A stretch of DNA of 63,200 bases, the filler included, from Bipalium vagum (Eukaryota): the NCBI GenBank assembly GCA_037834085.1. It is 3 parts of 3 records of this genome, joined end to end, with 100 filler letters (N's around TTAATTAATTAA, not from the genome) between each part and the next. Parts side by side here need not be neighbours in the genome. Positions count along the whole stretch, not along the records: positions 1 to 21,816 come from JBBMKC010231843.1; positions 21,917 to 47,689 come from JBBMKC010177647.1; 1 more part is not named here. One strand, 5' to 3'. The notes under the pieces were generated by a model. That model did no database searches and was not told the DNA's origin. It saw only the letters and a program-made list of their open reading frames with translations. This document shows, in pieces, positions 9,601 through 23,377 of this stretch (position 1 is the stretch's first letter; every line of letters begins with the position of its first letter). The translations under genes were made by a program, and so were the position numbers.

Positions 9601-12600
9601 TATAGAAATTAGAAAAAAATAAAATAGAAAATTTTTATGATAAATAGATTTAACAACAAAAAGTGTGATTATTAAGAAACATTTTTAATTCCTGCAATAA
9701 TAACAAATTTAAGTAAAAATGGAAATCTAACTTTTTCTTTACTACAATCATCAAATGTGTGAGTATTTAGAATTATCAGAAGCAATTATAGTTTTCAAAA
9801 TTGAAATTTAAGGTATAAAAGCAGATGAAAATATAACTTTACAAAAAAATTTATTTCTTTATTTGTTTTCTAGTGTAACTTTAAAATTAGATTCATAGAC
9901 CGCATAGAATTAAAGATTATTTCTTATCCACAACACCTGTAGTCAGAGATAGCCCAATAATTCTTAGTTTTCAGATTTCTAACCGGAACATCTTCAGAAC
10001 TTTTTGTTAGTAAAAAAAGAACTTTTCTCAACCGACATAGCTTTGGTGGCATTAATTTAAGCAAAGAATATGGACAATAAAGAACATGTGTATTTAATAA
10101 AATAATTCTAAGATCTGTGTTATTTAAAGAGAAGTCTTAACTTTATCGTACTTTTCGTATCTCAGCGAATCGCTCAAATAACCCCTTTTAGTATTGTTCA
10201 TTTTCCATATTTTTTGTAATGGATTATTATCTTATATTTTTCTATCCATTATTAATTTTCGAAAATTTTATTTCAACTTGATATTATTGGGTTAAATTCT
10301 AATTAATTTTAAAACAAAAATAAAAATATTTTAAACTTATTTTTCCTGCTTGTCAAAATTCCCTGTAACCGGAAATCCGGTAAATTTCCTTTCAATCGTT
10401 AATTTGAAAAAAAATATTTTTTATTAATAAAATCACGAAGAGTTTGAATGTAGAGAACGAAAACGAACTTTATTTTCTGACTTTTGATAAACTTTTAATT
10501 GTCTTCTACAAGACATTTTTAAGATTTAAAGAAAATATTAAAAAATAATATTTATATATGTAAAAAGAACAACCCAATAAAACTTTACTGGAGAATGATG
10601 AGTTTCAAATAAACAAAAAACATACTGGAAATTGATTATATTTATTATCATTTATCACATCTCTCACGTAAATGCATCTGGAAAATAAACCATAAATAAA
10701 TGATACGCATTCAATCAATCATAAAATTAAAAAAACAAAATCAAACATCAACAAATTTGTTGTTTTTTTTTAAAAGAAATCAATATCACATCATAATAAT
10801 TAAAAAAATCAATATAGTAGGCTAGTAAACAAGTTATCTTGATTAAGAAAATATTATTTATAACAATTATTAAATAGAACTATAATAAAATATTTCCTAA
10901 ATATAATGAAGTCTAAGGCATGAAAACAAATTCAATATAATTGCACCAAGATTTTAAAATAAACATTTCAATAATATATTTTATATAATGGTCGCTATTC
11001 TGTCAATGAGTATGCTGCCTAAGATTCGTCAATTTCTGAGACAAATGTAACTGTATGAAACGGAAGCAATAATATTACCTGAAACAGGAGAAAAAATGTT
11101 GGGAGTCATTTTTAAGGAGCTACCATTGTTGTATTGATGTCTCATTGAATGGAGCATATCAAGGAAATCGTTAGACTAAAATTATTGAACCATGGACAAT
11201 TAATGAACTCTTCATCATATTTTAAAAATTTTACATTTTCATTTTATACAAAGCATAACATAAGATAAATATAAAATCTGTTGTTCAATTCATCATCGTT
11301 AGTTTTTTTAAAAAAAATACAAACAATAAACTTTTTAACTTCAACTAATGGACTCCGGGATACCTTACCAAAAACAAATTCCTAGGGAAAAATATATCGA
11401 ATAATCTCGAATTTAAATCTCTGGACACATAAACATAATCATGTGAAAGGGTTTCTTTGTTAACTTGTGATGAAAAAAAAGATAATATTGACTAAAATAT
11501 TTATTTTATCTTTTATTTATTGATAAATGATAATTTAGGAAAAATGAAAAATATAATTGATTGATTTTAGAAATATTTTTAACAAATAGATTGAAAATAT
11601 AATATATTGATAGACGGCACAGACTTAAGATTGGAAAATTGCGCAATCAAATATAATAATGGGTACCCTGATTAAAATAATTAAATAATAATGCCGGCAC
11701 TGTATTATGGTCGAGTAAATTTCGAAAAGAAATAAATAATGGGCGCATATTTTATATTTTCGGAAGATTTAAGAATATTACTGAAAATAAAATTATATTA
11801 TTATATTATTATACATCAGTTAGTTAACACTGAGATTTTAAAATAGATATTTTAACTTTGATCTCCTTTATTGTTCTAATGAATAATTTTTGCACTCGGC
11901 ATTGCCTAAATCGTAAGTAAAAGAAATAAAGTCAACAAAAACGTCTCAATTTCAACATTTATTGAACACTTAGTTTAACACATAAACTTCATTCAAAATC
12001 AACTACTTCAAGCTACCATCAATTAACATTTCTCGACAAAAACCAAAGACCTTCTTCTCGTGATGCAAGAATCGGTTCTGCTAAATTCTGTAATATTCTC
12101 TAAATTCGGATATGGGGACAGTGATCTTGTTATCTGAATTCTGAAACTGGACCTAAATCAATTTCATAATTCAGACATAGAACGACTTCCCTTCTCGAGC
12201 TGCCTCAATTCTCTTCGGGCGTTACTGAACACATTTACAACTTGTGTTTATATAGTATTAATTAATTAAAATAATCAATAAAAGAAAAAGTGCATTAGAA
12301 AATTTTTCGACATAAATAATAATTATAAAATGGGTTTGGAAAAATTTTCCTAATTATTTTCCCGACTTCATAATTTGCCTCAAACGATGATATTATTTTC
12401 AAACTATTTCAAAGTTGTAAGAATCTTTTCCCTATCTAAATCTTCTTGATGTCATTCTATAAAATTAAGATCACCGAAAGAAATAAGTTTTAAAATATTC
12501 AATCTCCGTTTTCTGTTTCGATTTTCAGTTATTTCTTTATTGCTTTCGGGAAAAGGTTAAAATAATATCACTTCTACCTTTAAAATAGAATAATTAATTT

Positions 12601-12854
12601 AAGGTAATTTATTATTTATTATTAAACGTTTCCAATTTCCCGTATTGAATAAAACTGAAGAAATTGATAAAATATAATGAAAAAGAATTATCTGCTTCTT
12701 TTTCCAATAGAGGATTATTAAATAAATTTCCTCATATATTTTGATAATTAAATAAAAAAGAATTATTATAATAATACGGATGTATTGTGTTGTAATTTAT
12801 TTTTCGGAAAAAAATTAATAAGTTTTCATATTTTTATATTTTAAATAATCATTA

Positions 12855-13810
12855 TATAAGGGGTACAAAAAAATAATGCTGATTTATTTAAAATATATTT
12901 ATTTCAAATATAAATAAAGACATATCGAAATATAATTGTGAATTGAAATATAAATCAATTTGTTTGAATAATATCTAATCAATAGGACAGTCATTTAAAT
13001 TTTCATAATATGTTAATAATTTCAAAATTTTTAGATCTAAATATTTCAATATTTACGCCAAGCAAAGAACACTTGCGGGAGGTTCTCATTCATTACTACA
13101 TGATGAACAAAAAAACTGACGCAGAAAACTGCAGGATATTATTCGATGTTTATCGAAAATGAGTAGTACAGAAAACACAAAAGAAAATCTTTCTTCCATC
13201 GACTATTGACAGGAGATGAAAAGTGGATCTATTTTGAAAATCTCAAACGTAGAAAAGCATGGGTTAACCCAGGTCAACCACCAGCTGCAAGAGCAGAAGA
13301 AAACAATGCTCTGCGTCTGCTGGGTCAGCAAGGCGTGGTTTACCATGAGCTTCTCAAACTAGTTGAAAGAGTTAATTCGGAGAGATACCAAAACCAAATA
13401 GCGCAGCTAAATCAGTCTTTAATAGTTAAACATCTGAAATGTCTCAATAAATATGGCTAAGTATTCGTCTACATGAAAACGTAACGCCTCACACTTCTAA
13501 AGCAGTTAAAAGACATGAAATGGGAAGTACTCACGAGATCTTGCTTCTTCCGATTTTCACCTATTTCGTTTAATGGCAGATGAACTTGCTGAGCTGCACT
13601 TCAAATCGTACGAAGATGTCCAAAATTGGGTCTCTGAAAGGTTCGTCTCGAAACCAGAAAAGTTCTTTTGGGATGGCATCCATAAATTGACTGAAAGATG
13701 GAAGAAAGGTGTGAATAACAATGGCTATTATTTTGAATAATTTTTTTTGTTTCGAAATTACCATATTTCGGTTATTAAAAAAATCCGCATTATTTATTCG
13801 TACAAAAATA
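12855..13810 (+). mobile_element. mariner (Mos1/mauritiana-like) internally deleted element with both TIRs
   Basis: TIR cores GTACAAAAAAATAATGCTGATTT (12863-12885) and the reverse complement of 13781-13803, GTACGAATAAATAATGCGGATTT. Protein pieces: PSKEHLREVLIHYY, TGDEKWIYFEN, DLASSDFHLF, GIHKLTERWKKGVNNNGYYFE*. Confidence 0.88.
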
Positions 13811-14189
13811 ATACAATGTAAAATCAATAATCAATGTACATGATGTGTATCAAGGAAAAATCCGATTTTAAATTGTAATATCGTAAAATATATTCAACAT
13901 CAGATTTCAAAGTTTTGACTGACATTTATTTATTAAAATTTAATATTTTTCTACAGAATGATCATTAATGTTAAATTCGATAAAATCGACTCATTAAAAC
14001 AATTAAACACATTAATTTTCAGAAATTCTGTTTCTGAGAAAAATTTAAATTGAATATGCTTAATTATGATATATAGAGTATTTTAAAAGTTACTATCTAT
14101 TAGGTGAACCGAAAACAGAGCTCAAAACGACGTTTGGCTTGACGAAACACATTTTTATCATTTGTAGTGATATTTGCTGAACTGCATAT

Positions 14190-15447
14190 GTAATTAGATT
14201 TTTAAGTTCAGTAATATTTTTAATTCTTCTACCAATGTACACCTTAGACTTTGTGAATCCCCAAACATAAAAATCTATAGTTTGTAAATCTGGAGAGCGT
14301 GTCGCCCATAATTGTGGTCCACCATGACCAATCCAGCGATTAAGAGACGATCATTGCATAATGACAAGGTGCTATATCCTACCGAAACACAACTGAGTCA
14401 AGAATGCCATCTGCAAGTAGTAGCTCTACGAAATTTTGAACCATCTCCATATATACAGCTCCTGTAACCGTATCACCTGGAAAGAAGTAAGATTAATAAA
14501 TTTTCTTTTTTGTCATTCCCATCCAAACATTCACTTTCGGTGAATCTGATTTTCAAGAAATTCATTTGGCTTTTCGAATCCCCAAATGTGACAATTATGG
14601 TGGTTAACTTTTTCACAAGTGTGGAAGGTTGCCTCTTCACTGAAGTAAATTTGCATCTTTAATTTGATCTATCAGCTCTGCACACATAATCGCTCTCTTA
14701 GAGTAATCCTCCTCTTGTAAATGATCAAAAAGTTTAATATGATAGGTATTAGCCGCAGCAATTTCTTCGTCAATTTAAATCTTTTCAAAACGTTTCAAAA
14801 TATATATTTAAACAAAAACATTTCAGAGATTAAATTAACGTAGTAACGTAAATTAATTAAAGTAGGATTTTTTTCAAAACAATTTGCAGGATTCATAGAA
14901 TGACAGATATGGAAGTTCTAACAAATTTCCAGCCTTACGAACCGATAAGTGAGATTCTTGCTGAAAGTTATCGCTAATCATTTCACACCTTTTATTAGAT
15001 TTTCTTTGACAGATATTATTAACAGATCCAGTTCTCTGAAATATCATTACCAACTCACACATAGTTTTATCTGTTGGCCCATTTTTAAGATTTGTTTTCA
15101 AATTAATTTCTTATTTTTTCGCATTTTACTCCTTTTATTCTTTATGTAACTACCAATACTCGTTCTTCCGTGTTTATTTTCAATAAATGGAACTAAACTA
15201 AAACAATCAATAAAAATATTTAACTCTTTGATTAAATATATAAGGTTTTGAACATTTTTCGCGTTATTTACTATTTTGCATATAATTTTATATAAAGTAT
15301 CGATATATCGTGACTTTTGACGCATTTTCTGAAAATAAAACTTGTTTTTCAAAATTTTAAATATCTTTTGAAAAAGTGAATTTTGAAAAATTCTGTATAT
15401 TTTGCTGAGCTCCGTAATGGAACACTTACTTTATATACACCTTGTAT
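14190..15447 (-). mobile_element. maT/DD37D (DUF4817-type) transposon remnant
   Basis: FQRTGSV, FSEEATFHTCEKVNHHNCHIWG, SPKVNVW, FFPGDTVTGAVYMEM and WATRSPDLQTIDFYVWGFTKSKVY. TIR-like TACAAGGTGT at ~15446-15437 on the minus strand. Confidence 0.8.
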
Positions 15448-15616
15448 TTTAAAAATTTATTATTTTAAAGAAATTTTATTTATTCTTGACTCTGGAACTA
15501 CCGTGAATGGAAAAATTATAAAATATAAATGAAATATATTTACTGATGAAATTTTTAACTGTTGGGATGGCAACTGAATAATTGTATATTTTATAGAAGT
15601 TTCTCACACATTATAC

Positions 15617-16150
15617 ATATTACTGTGTTCAAAAAGTCCCGAGAAAATCTCATTTAAAAATTTCGACAATAGAATTTCAGAAAATTCTTTTCTGAATAGA
15701 CTTAATAATTTTTTATTAATATAAATCCAAAGTTTTATTATTTAAAGAGATATCCTTATTTCAATACACTATAAGAAGTAAACTATCGATTTTTCAAATC
15801 TCAATTTTTAAAGATCAACTGATTTGTTTTTAAATTTTATCACCGGAACAATGTGTCGTGTACCAGATGCAGAGATGTTTCCGTGATCAATGCATGCCCC
15901 GAGAATGTTACAAGCATTTTAAAGAAGTCAGAGAATTCGTGAATGTTATCCAACTTTTCTGAAGACCTTCTACATTAACCGAGTACGGACACATTGAAAA
16001 AATACATTGACAATCAGAGAGATATCTGAACAAAGTACATTATCAATTGGATTTTACCAATCGATTTTGAAAGAAAAATTGCAAATGAGACGCATTTTAT
16101 CTCGAATTTTCTGAAGCTCTTAATTTTTTGTAAAAACAACAGCGTGTTCT
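15617..16150 (+). mobile_element. Highly decayed mariner 5' remnant
   Basis: TIR-like TGTGTTCAAAAAGTCCCG at ~15624. HTH-like pieces (ECYKHFKEVRE...RPST; ILKEKLQMRR). Confidence 0.4.
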
Positions 16151-16527
16151 TTGATTTTTTATTTTGAATTTTTTCGACATCCTTTTATTTGAATACAAAA
16201 AATGATATCATAATTTTTAAAATTCCTTTTTTCTAAATATTTTATTTTATTAACAAATTTATTCAAATTGAATTTCAAACTGTAATTTCAATTGAAACAG
16301 TCTATGGTGGAAGCTTTTTATGTCACCTAATATGATATAATAATTCAATATACATAATTATATAACATTATATTATATTATATATAATATTTATATACTT
16401 AATATAATCTAATATTAATAATTAATTTAATGTTTGAATAATTTATTGACGCATTAAAAGAACGATAGTGAAATATTCAATGGGAAGGTTTTAAAAAAGA
16501 ATCTACTACTTTTTGTACTTAGAGTAA

Positions 16528-17775
16528 TACAAGGTTGGTAATACATAAAAATGGCACAATATTGCAATGTTTCATCATACAAATAATAATTTCTAAAAAA
16601 TTGATTGTCCCCCTTTCTCCTAACAGTAATCGATAAAAATTATCTATGTTAATTCTTCACCTATGGAATCTGAGGTGAATATCATAATTCGACAATAGTC
16701 AGTCATGGAATTCTTACTGAAATTCAGAGACAGTTCAGTCACACCAGTTTATTCAACAAATGAAACATGTTTATGGTAACGAAGCCCTGGAGAAAAGCAC
16801 AATAAAGATGTGCATTCAGCTCTTCCGGTTGGTGATTTTAATATATGACTGAGAGGTCTGATAGACCATATTCTGTGTCAACAGACAAAAATTTTGATCT
16901 GAAGGAGAAAATAATAAAAAATCACCAAAAAATAACAACTTATCTAGTGATTAAAAAGACTGACAATTCCTAATTGAAGTGGGCTTAAACTTCTTTCAGG
17001 TTTATTATATCGAAAATTGTAAGCAAAATGAATGTCAAAACTTCTAGTACGAGAAATCATGCAAAGTCGGTAGCTAATCTGTTTATACCTAATTGAGTCC
17101 TTGCTTGAAGTAACTAATGAGATCTTTCATAACGTTGAATGAAACTATCATTATTTATTATTATGATACTTCTCCAAAAGTCAAATTTATAAAACGAACC
17201 AAAGAATTCAACAATAAATAAAAAACCACGACTTTCCCTTTCAAAAACAAAATAATAGTCTCGGTCTTTTGGGATCAAAATGAACTGATTTTCCTGGACA
17301 TCCTTTAAGACAAAAATTATTCGATTAACAAGAAAAGATATTGTAAATTTTTAGAAAGCCTACAGAGATTAATTTCAACAGAAAGATTAGACACTCAGAT
17401 TTAACTCATTCGGATAGTGACCAGACCTCATACCGCGAAATATACGCTTGCAGAAATTTCAACACATGGGTGGACTTTAATTTAGCTTACAGTCCCCATT
17501 TGGGTTACTCGGATTTCTCTCTGAATTAGTACAGAATTTTCTACCCGGTATAACATTTGAAAAATGATGAAATGATGAAGACAATTATTCAAAAAGTATC
17601 ATATAACATTACACCAAAAAGCTCTTGTGAGTTTGAAAGAACACTGGAAGATATATTTATTGATCCTGATAAACAGACAATAGTTAGAAGTTCAATGTAC
17701 AAATCTTTATTGTTTTGATTTATTAATATCAATAGTTACTAAGGTTTGTGCAACATTTACTGACCAAACCTTGTA
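16528..17775 (+). mobile_element. mariner transposon, full-length but heavily decayed, both TIRs
   Basis: TACAAGGTTGGTAAT...GCACAA (16528-) and TTGTGCAAC...ACCAAACCTTGTA (-17775) are inverted repeats ~1.25 kb apart. Internal VSVFWDQNELIFLDIL and TRPHTAK motifs. Confidence 0.75.
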
Positions 17776-18147
17776 TTGTAATTATAAGAATCGTATGATA
17801 ATGGGTAAATTATGATACCATGTGGTACATAACTTTCTGTTTTTCTCAACTATACATTAAATTTATATATAAATATTGGCAACAGTTTTAGAATATATTA
17901 TATAATTTAATAGAATAAAGATAATTAAGTATAAGGTTACTGAGTGCCCAGAATGTGGAATAAGAACAAAGAAGTGTGAAAAAATGACCTAAAAATCGAT
18001 TTCTGACGTGTTTAAAAAGTTCGTATTACAGAAAAATACACGCTTTACAAACATTTCGTTAAAAATAAAAAAACAAAATATTATTAAAATAAATCAAAAG
18101 TCAAATGTCAAAGAGACTTGTTGTTATTTAAGCAGACCATTACATAA

Positions 18148-19425
18148 TACAGTGGCGGAAATAATGATAAATCCGTTCAGTTTTCTGCGATAATTTTTTA
18201 CTAAGACAAATTAATCATTTAAGGAGATCAAAAATTGCTTAGGCACTTTATAGGTTATCTGGAAAATTTTGAGGTTTTATTAAAATTTGTGTGTTCAAAG
18301 GCCGTAGTCATATAAAACATGCAGAAATAAGTATAAATACACTCAACAAATGTTGTTTAAGTATTCAGCTTAATGATTTATGGAATCTGGTAAATTACTT
18401 TATGCGGAATTTAATTTTAAATTTTTTATAAATATATTGTAAATAGAAATAAAATACCAAGAGGAATTAAATTGACTGTCTTGGAGCGAGCTAAAATCGA
18501 CAAGTTAAGAAAATCTGGATTTAAAAAATAGGAAGATTGCAACTAAGATAAATAGAAGTTATTGTGTTGTGAATACATACTTGATATTAGACTCTACTTA
18601 TGGAACCATCAAAAGTAAAGGCCGAAAGCCTGCGATATCAGAGCTTGACAAGCGAGAAATTTTTAGATAAGCTACAAATAGCCGTTTAGTAGCATCTAAA
18701 ATTCGTACAATAGTGAATCTGTCTGTATCTACCCGACGTGTTCGACAAATTTTGGCTAGTAAGTAAATGGCGAAAACCTTTGCAGAAACCGAAATTATTT
18801 CCGAACCGCATAGAAAGAAGACTTGATTTCGGAAAAAAGTACATTTATAGATGGACCAGATGGTTTGCGATGTTATTCTCAAAAATTAAGAAAATCTTTA
18901 GAGATGGGAATCAGTCGAAATTTTGGAAGTGGAACAGTTATGGTATGGGGACTATCTCGCATAAACGACAGCTTCCATTAGAAGAGATTTCAACTAAAAT
19001 AAATTCTCGCGCATACATAAATTTTTGGAAACGGGTTTATGTCAAAATGGAGAGGATTTATTAGAAGAAAATTTCATGTTTCAGCATGACAACACACACG
19101 GTTCAAATCTTGGTTTTCTGAGAAAAATATTAACTTGCTAGATTGAAAATTTATAGAGCTTTATCTCCAGGCAAGTGTATGAAAATGGAAAATCATTTTC
19201 CTCTGTCAATGAACTTCGGGAGGCTATTTTTAAGGTTTCGAATGAAATCCAATCGGATCTTCTGCAGAATTTGATGAAGACTATGAAATATTGGTTTTCG
19301 AATTAATTACAAAAAATGGTAGCCTTACATCATATTGATTTACCTAATCTCACGTTATTTCGACAATATGCGGTGCGCGTATCTAGAAAATGTGAGGTGG
19401 ATTTATAATTATTTCCTCCATTGTA
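18148..19425 (+). mobile_element. Tc1-family (Tc3-like, DD34E) transposon, decayed, both TIRs
   Basis: TIRs TACAGTGGCGGAAATAATGATAAATCC and TACAATGGAGGAAATAATTATAAATCC (3 mismatches in 27, including the terminal TA). PRGIKLTVLERAKID (Tc3-like start), KGRKPAIS, VMVWG, KINSRAYI and MFQHDN. Confidence 0.88.
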
Positions 19426-20155
19426 TCTTGTGAGAAACCTACAAAATCATTCTCTATCAAGATCATCATCCAAAAATATCAACTAGAGATGACTTAAACA
19501 AATATTAAGAGATAAATAAAAATAATCCGAAAATGAACAATGTAAAAATCAATGAACTCTAAACATTTTCAAGGAAAATAAAATAATTATATATTTATAA
19601 TAAAATAATATTTAGTCATATTTAAATTAAATTATTCAGTAAATCCCGATAAACAAATTAAATTTTGAAAAATGTTTCAATAAATTGAAAAAAATACAAT
19701 TTAATCGAAACTAGCTTAATATATTGAAACATAAATTTTCAGACTTTACAACAAAAAAATACCATTTGTGATAACGGATTTAGGCAATTCTTAGAGAAGA
19801 TAAAGAATAATTTAAAAATTCCCTTTGGTTTCATTTTGAAATAAAGTCTGTCACATAATGAGAATTTTTATATTAAAAATATAAATTAATACATGGTTTG
19901 TCAAGTATTTTCTAAATTTTGAACATCATTTTCAATAATTGTTATTCAATATTAAATCAATTTTTGATTTTATCGATCAATTTTCAAATGTTGACATATC
20001 ATTATCAATTTTTAAATTTTAATGTTAAATTTTTCAATTTGAATAACTGTATTGTATCGTAGTTCAATGAAAGTATCCGTAGAAATGGGAAACTTAATAA
20101 TAAAGCGAGTTTTAGAGTAATATTTAAAACGTAAATTAAAATAAATAAAAAAGAA

Positions 20156-21807
20156 TTAACACAAGAAACCCGGGAAAAATGAACTACCTACAAACACGAA
20201 GCGCGTCAATTGACGTTTTACATTAATTTCTATTTCAAAGCACATCCTTTGCATTTTTAATTGAACATTTTTCCACAAATCGCTTTTTTTGCACATCTGA
20301 CATCGATCTGTTGTTCTATTTCTGCATTTAATTGTTGCACATGTGCGCCTTTTCTTCGTTTCAGATGGACCGGAGTCATCGTCATTATTGTCCTTTGGGT
20401 TTTTATCTAATGGAGAATGTCCTGTGAGGTCTTCACAAACTTTATGGATAAACTGTCGACGAGAAATTGTACTTCTGCACACGCTTGTATAAGCTATTCA
20501 AGCATTTATCAGGGAGAAGTCGAAAACATTATAAAAAACATGCATTGGTCATCTTCTACTACTAGCTCTTGTGGAATATGTCCCTGATATTTGATCAATG
20601 ACATCAACTCCAAATTTTTTCTTGTTATAAAATAAAATAGTTTCGGGTTTTTTCTTAGGATTAGATACCCTTGGAATAATGATATCAGGATGTACGGTGC
20701 TCAAAATGGCAACATATTTGGTTGTTTGCACTGATATGACGTTAAAGTTATATGATTCGATGTTTCGATTATTAATGTATCATGAAGAGGTCTTTTTACC
20801 TTTTTTAATTCAGCCAATTCTCTTCTATTTAAATGAATTGTACCAACAATGCTAGTTTTTTTCAGCAGTAAATTTTGAGCAAGATTCAAGGTAAAGTAAT
20901 TGTCACAAATGACGTTATATCCTCGGTTAGCAAAGGGACTCGTTAATTTTAGTACAGCATCAGTGGGGAAAAGATGGTGATCTTGTTTCATATTTGCCTA
21001 GGTATGGAAAGCCATTGCATAAATATTTGCTTTCAACATCAATAGCAAGCCAAAATTTTAATCCAAATTTATCAGACTTTTTTGACATATATTGGATAAA
21101 TTTACACCTAGCCTTACAAGGTAATAACTGCTCGTCAATTGTAATATTCTCATGAGGAATATAAGCTTTTTGAGTTTTCTATAAATGAATTCCATTGGTT
21201 AGAAACTAAACAAAACTTATCTGTTTCCAAATTCTTTCTCCTTTCACTTTTGAGATCAAATCGTAGATTTTTCATTATATCTGAAAATTTATCACGTGTC
21301 ATAGCTTTGTTAAATAGTTGACGCCCACAAGATTTATCACACATATTTCTTCCTCAAATTACTCCTCTAGCAATAATAGAACCAATTAATTTGTCTAAAT
21401 CATCCAATGTTATTGTCAATATTAACCCTTTGAGCTTCCTCAATTGTACATTTTAGAATATTTCGCATCATTGCTTCACTGAATAATAACCGGAATGCTG
21501 AAATATGACTTCCTTCTTTTATTCTCGTTGAGCAATATGAAGTCGGACTCGGGTTGAAGTACTTCAAATTTTGGAATTTTTTCTTTCCCAGAGTTGCTAC
21601 ATCTGCCTCCAACAAATGCCATTGGGTGCCCTCTTTACTCTTCATGGATCTTGGAGTTTCCAGATCATTGTCCTCATTGCTTGACTGGTTTGATTCACTT
21701 GAAATAGAAATGATTTCATAATCATCCATTTCAAAATCCTTGTCACGGTCATCATCAGATTGGTCAGATGGAATATCTCTCAATTTCTGTATTGCGTTCG
21801 AAAACAT
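20156..21807 (-). mobile_element. piggyBac (PGBD-type) transposase pseudogene, truncated by scaffold end
   Basis: Acidic N-terminus, MTRDKFSDIMKNLRFD, TIDEQLLPCKARCKFIQYMSKKSDKFGLKFW, CDNYFT, YNKKKFGVDVIDQ and a C-terminal Cys-rich CATIKCRNRTTDRCQMCKK. Several frameshifts. Confidence 0.92.
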
Positions 21808-21816
21808 TTAAAATTT

Positions 21817-21916
21817 NNNNNNNNNNNNNNNNNNNNNNNNNNNNNNNNNNNNNNNNNNNNTTAATTAATTAANNNNNNNNNNNNNNNNNNNNNNNNNNNN
21901 NNNNNNNNNNNNNNNN
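21817..21916. other. Artificial scaffold linker (N44-TTAATTAATTAA-N44)
   Basis: 100-nt spacer with a six-frame stop core at 21861-21872; identical to the linker at 47690-47789. Confidence 0.97.
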
Positions 21917-23377
21917 ACGCACAAACGCAACCTTCAACCGTTGAGACCTGAGAGACATTTAAGCTCCGACCTTTAACATCTTTTTGTCCATCAATATTCA
22001 GGATCTTAACATATTTTTAAAATTGTATAATTTTTTTCATTGGTTTCCTTGCCTTATTTAATTTTGCTATCTTAAAATTTTTCGATATTATATTCATATT
22101 TTTTATATTTTTCATTAAAATATAAAAATCATGATCATCACTATTATTTTTGGGTAATTGATCAAATAAAATTTTTGTAAAATATTCTTTATTATTTTTT
22201 AATTTTTAATTATTGTTTTTTGATTTTAAATTATTTGTTAATGCAGTTTTCGTTTTACATTTTTTTCAAACTTCACAATTAAATTCCATTTGGTCTTGAT
22301 TATTTTAGTTTTGATATTTTATTAATTTATTATTTTTAAAGAAAAAATAAGAAAGATATAAAAGAATATCGAGCTAGTCTTCTGAAAAGTAGTTCTCACC
22401 ACAAGGATTATTCATTTACATCGAAATGAAAAATTAATATACTTTAAGTAAAATTTGTTGAGTTCGTATTTGTAATAAAACCAAAATATTTTTATTTAGT
22501 TAAATGACCGAGTAAATCGCTTTTACCATGTCAACGTATCAATCTTTTAACTTCAGATTTATGTTAGTTTTAATTAAGAAGGTTAACCATCAATCAGTTG
22601 CAGTAAGAAGTAGAGTTCCAATCACTTGCGCTGCGAACTAAATTTATTTGTTTATCAGGAAGTTTGACGGTAGGTACGAATTGAATCTTAAAAAGGCGTC
22701 AACATACGTATAAGTAATCATTAATATATTTCATTAGTTCAAAGTATTCCTCAACTCAAGAGTTTCTGTTGAACTGACAAGTGAAGATAAATATATAGTA
22801 CTATCGAAAACAATATATTTAAAGCCATTTTCAGTAATACTATTAAAATTAATTGGTTTTCAAATAATAATTTTAATAATTAATCGGTTTTTTATTTTCA
22901 TTTTTTAGTTGAAAAATAAGTTTTTAACATCAGTTTTATATTGAGTATTAAAAATAAATCTAAAATAATTTTTTGAATAATTAAAAATAATAACTTATTG
23001 CTTTTCACAATAATAATTTAACAATAAAATTTTCTATTAACGTTTTTTCTCTTCAAAAAAGGAGTTGAAATACATATGATTTCAGCTATTATTATTACAA
23101 ACTATATTATGTAATACTATTAATTAAACGAATTCGACTTGTTTTAAACCTTCATTTTAATTTTAATTATAATATGACACCCAAATAATGTTATATATCT
23201 AAATGTTAATTCATACTATTCGTTAACCAATTTTTATGCATTTTTCACAAAGCTTAAATACTATATTAAATTATAACGCAAAATTTCAATATTTTAACAA
23301 AATTTATTTTCCATTAAATTCGTTTACACAAATTTTAATTTTCAGTTCATTTTAGATCTAATGAAAATTGGTTTTTA

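Noticed and set aside
10368-10381. ACCGGA-AA-TCCGGT hairpin as a Helitron 3' end
   Set aside because: Only a 6-bp stem and no CTRR terminus at the expected distance.
12160-12235. ARRELRQLEKGSRSMSEL on the minus strand, resembling a retrotransposon gag motif
   Set aside because: Too short, with no supporting LTR or pol sequence nearby.
21861-21872. TTAA repeats as a piggyBac target-site duplication
   Set aside because: Embedded in Ns and identical to the second linker; synthetic.
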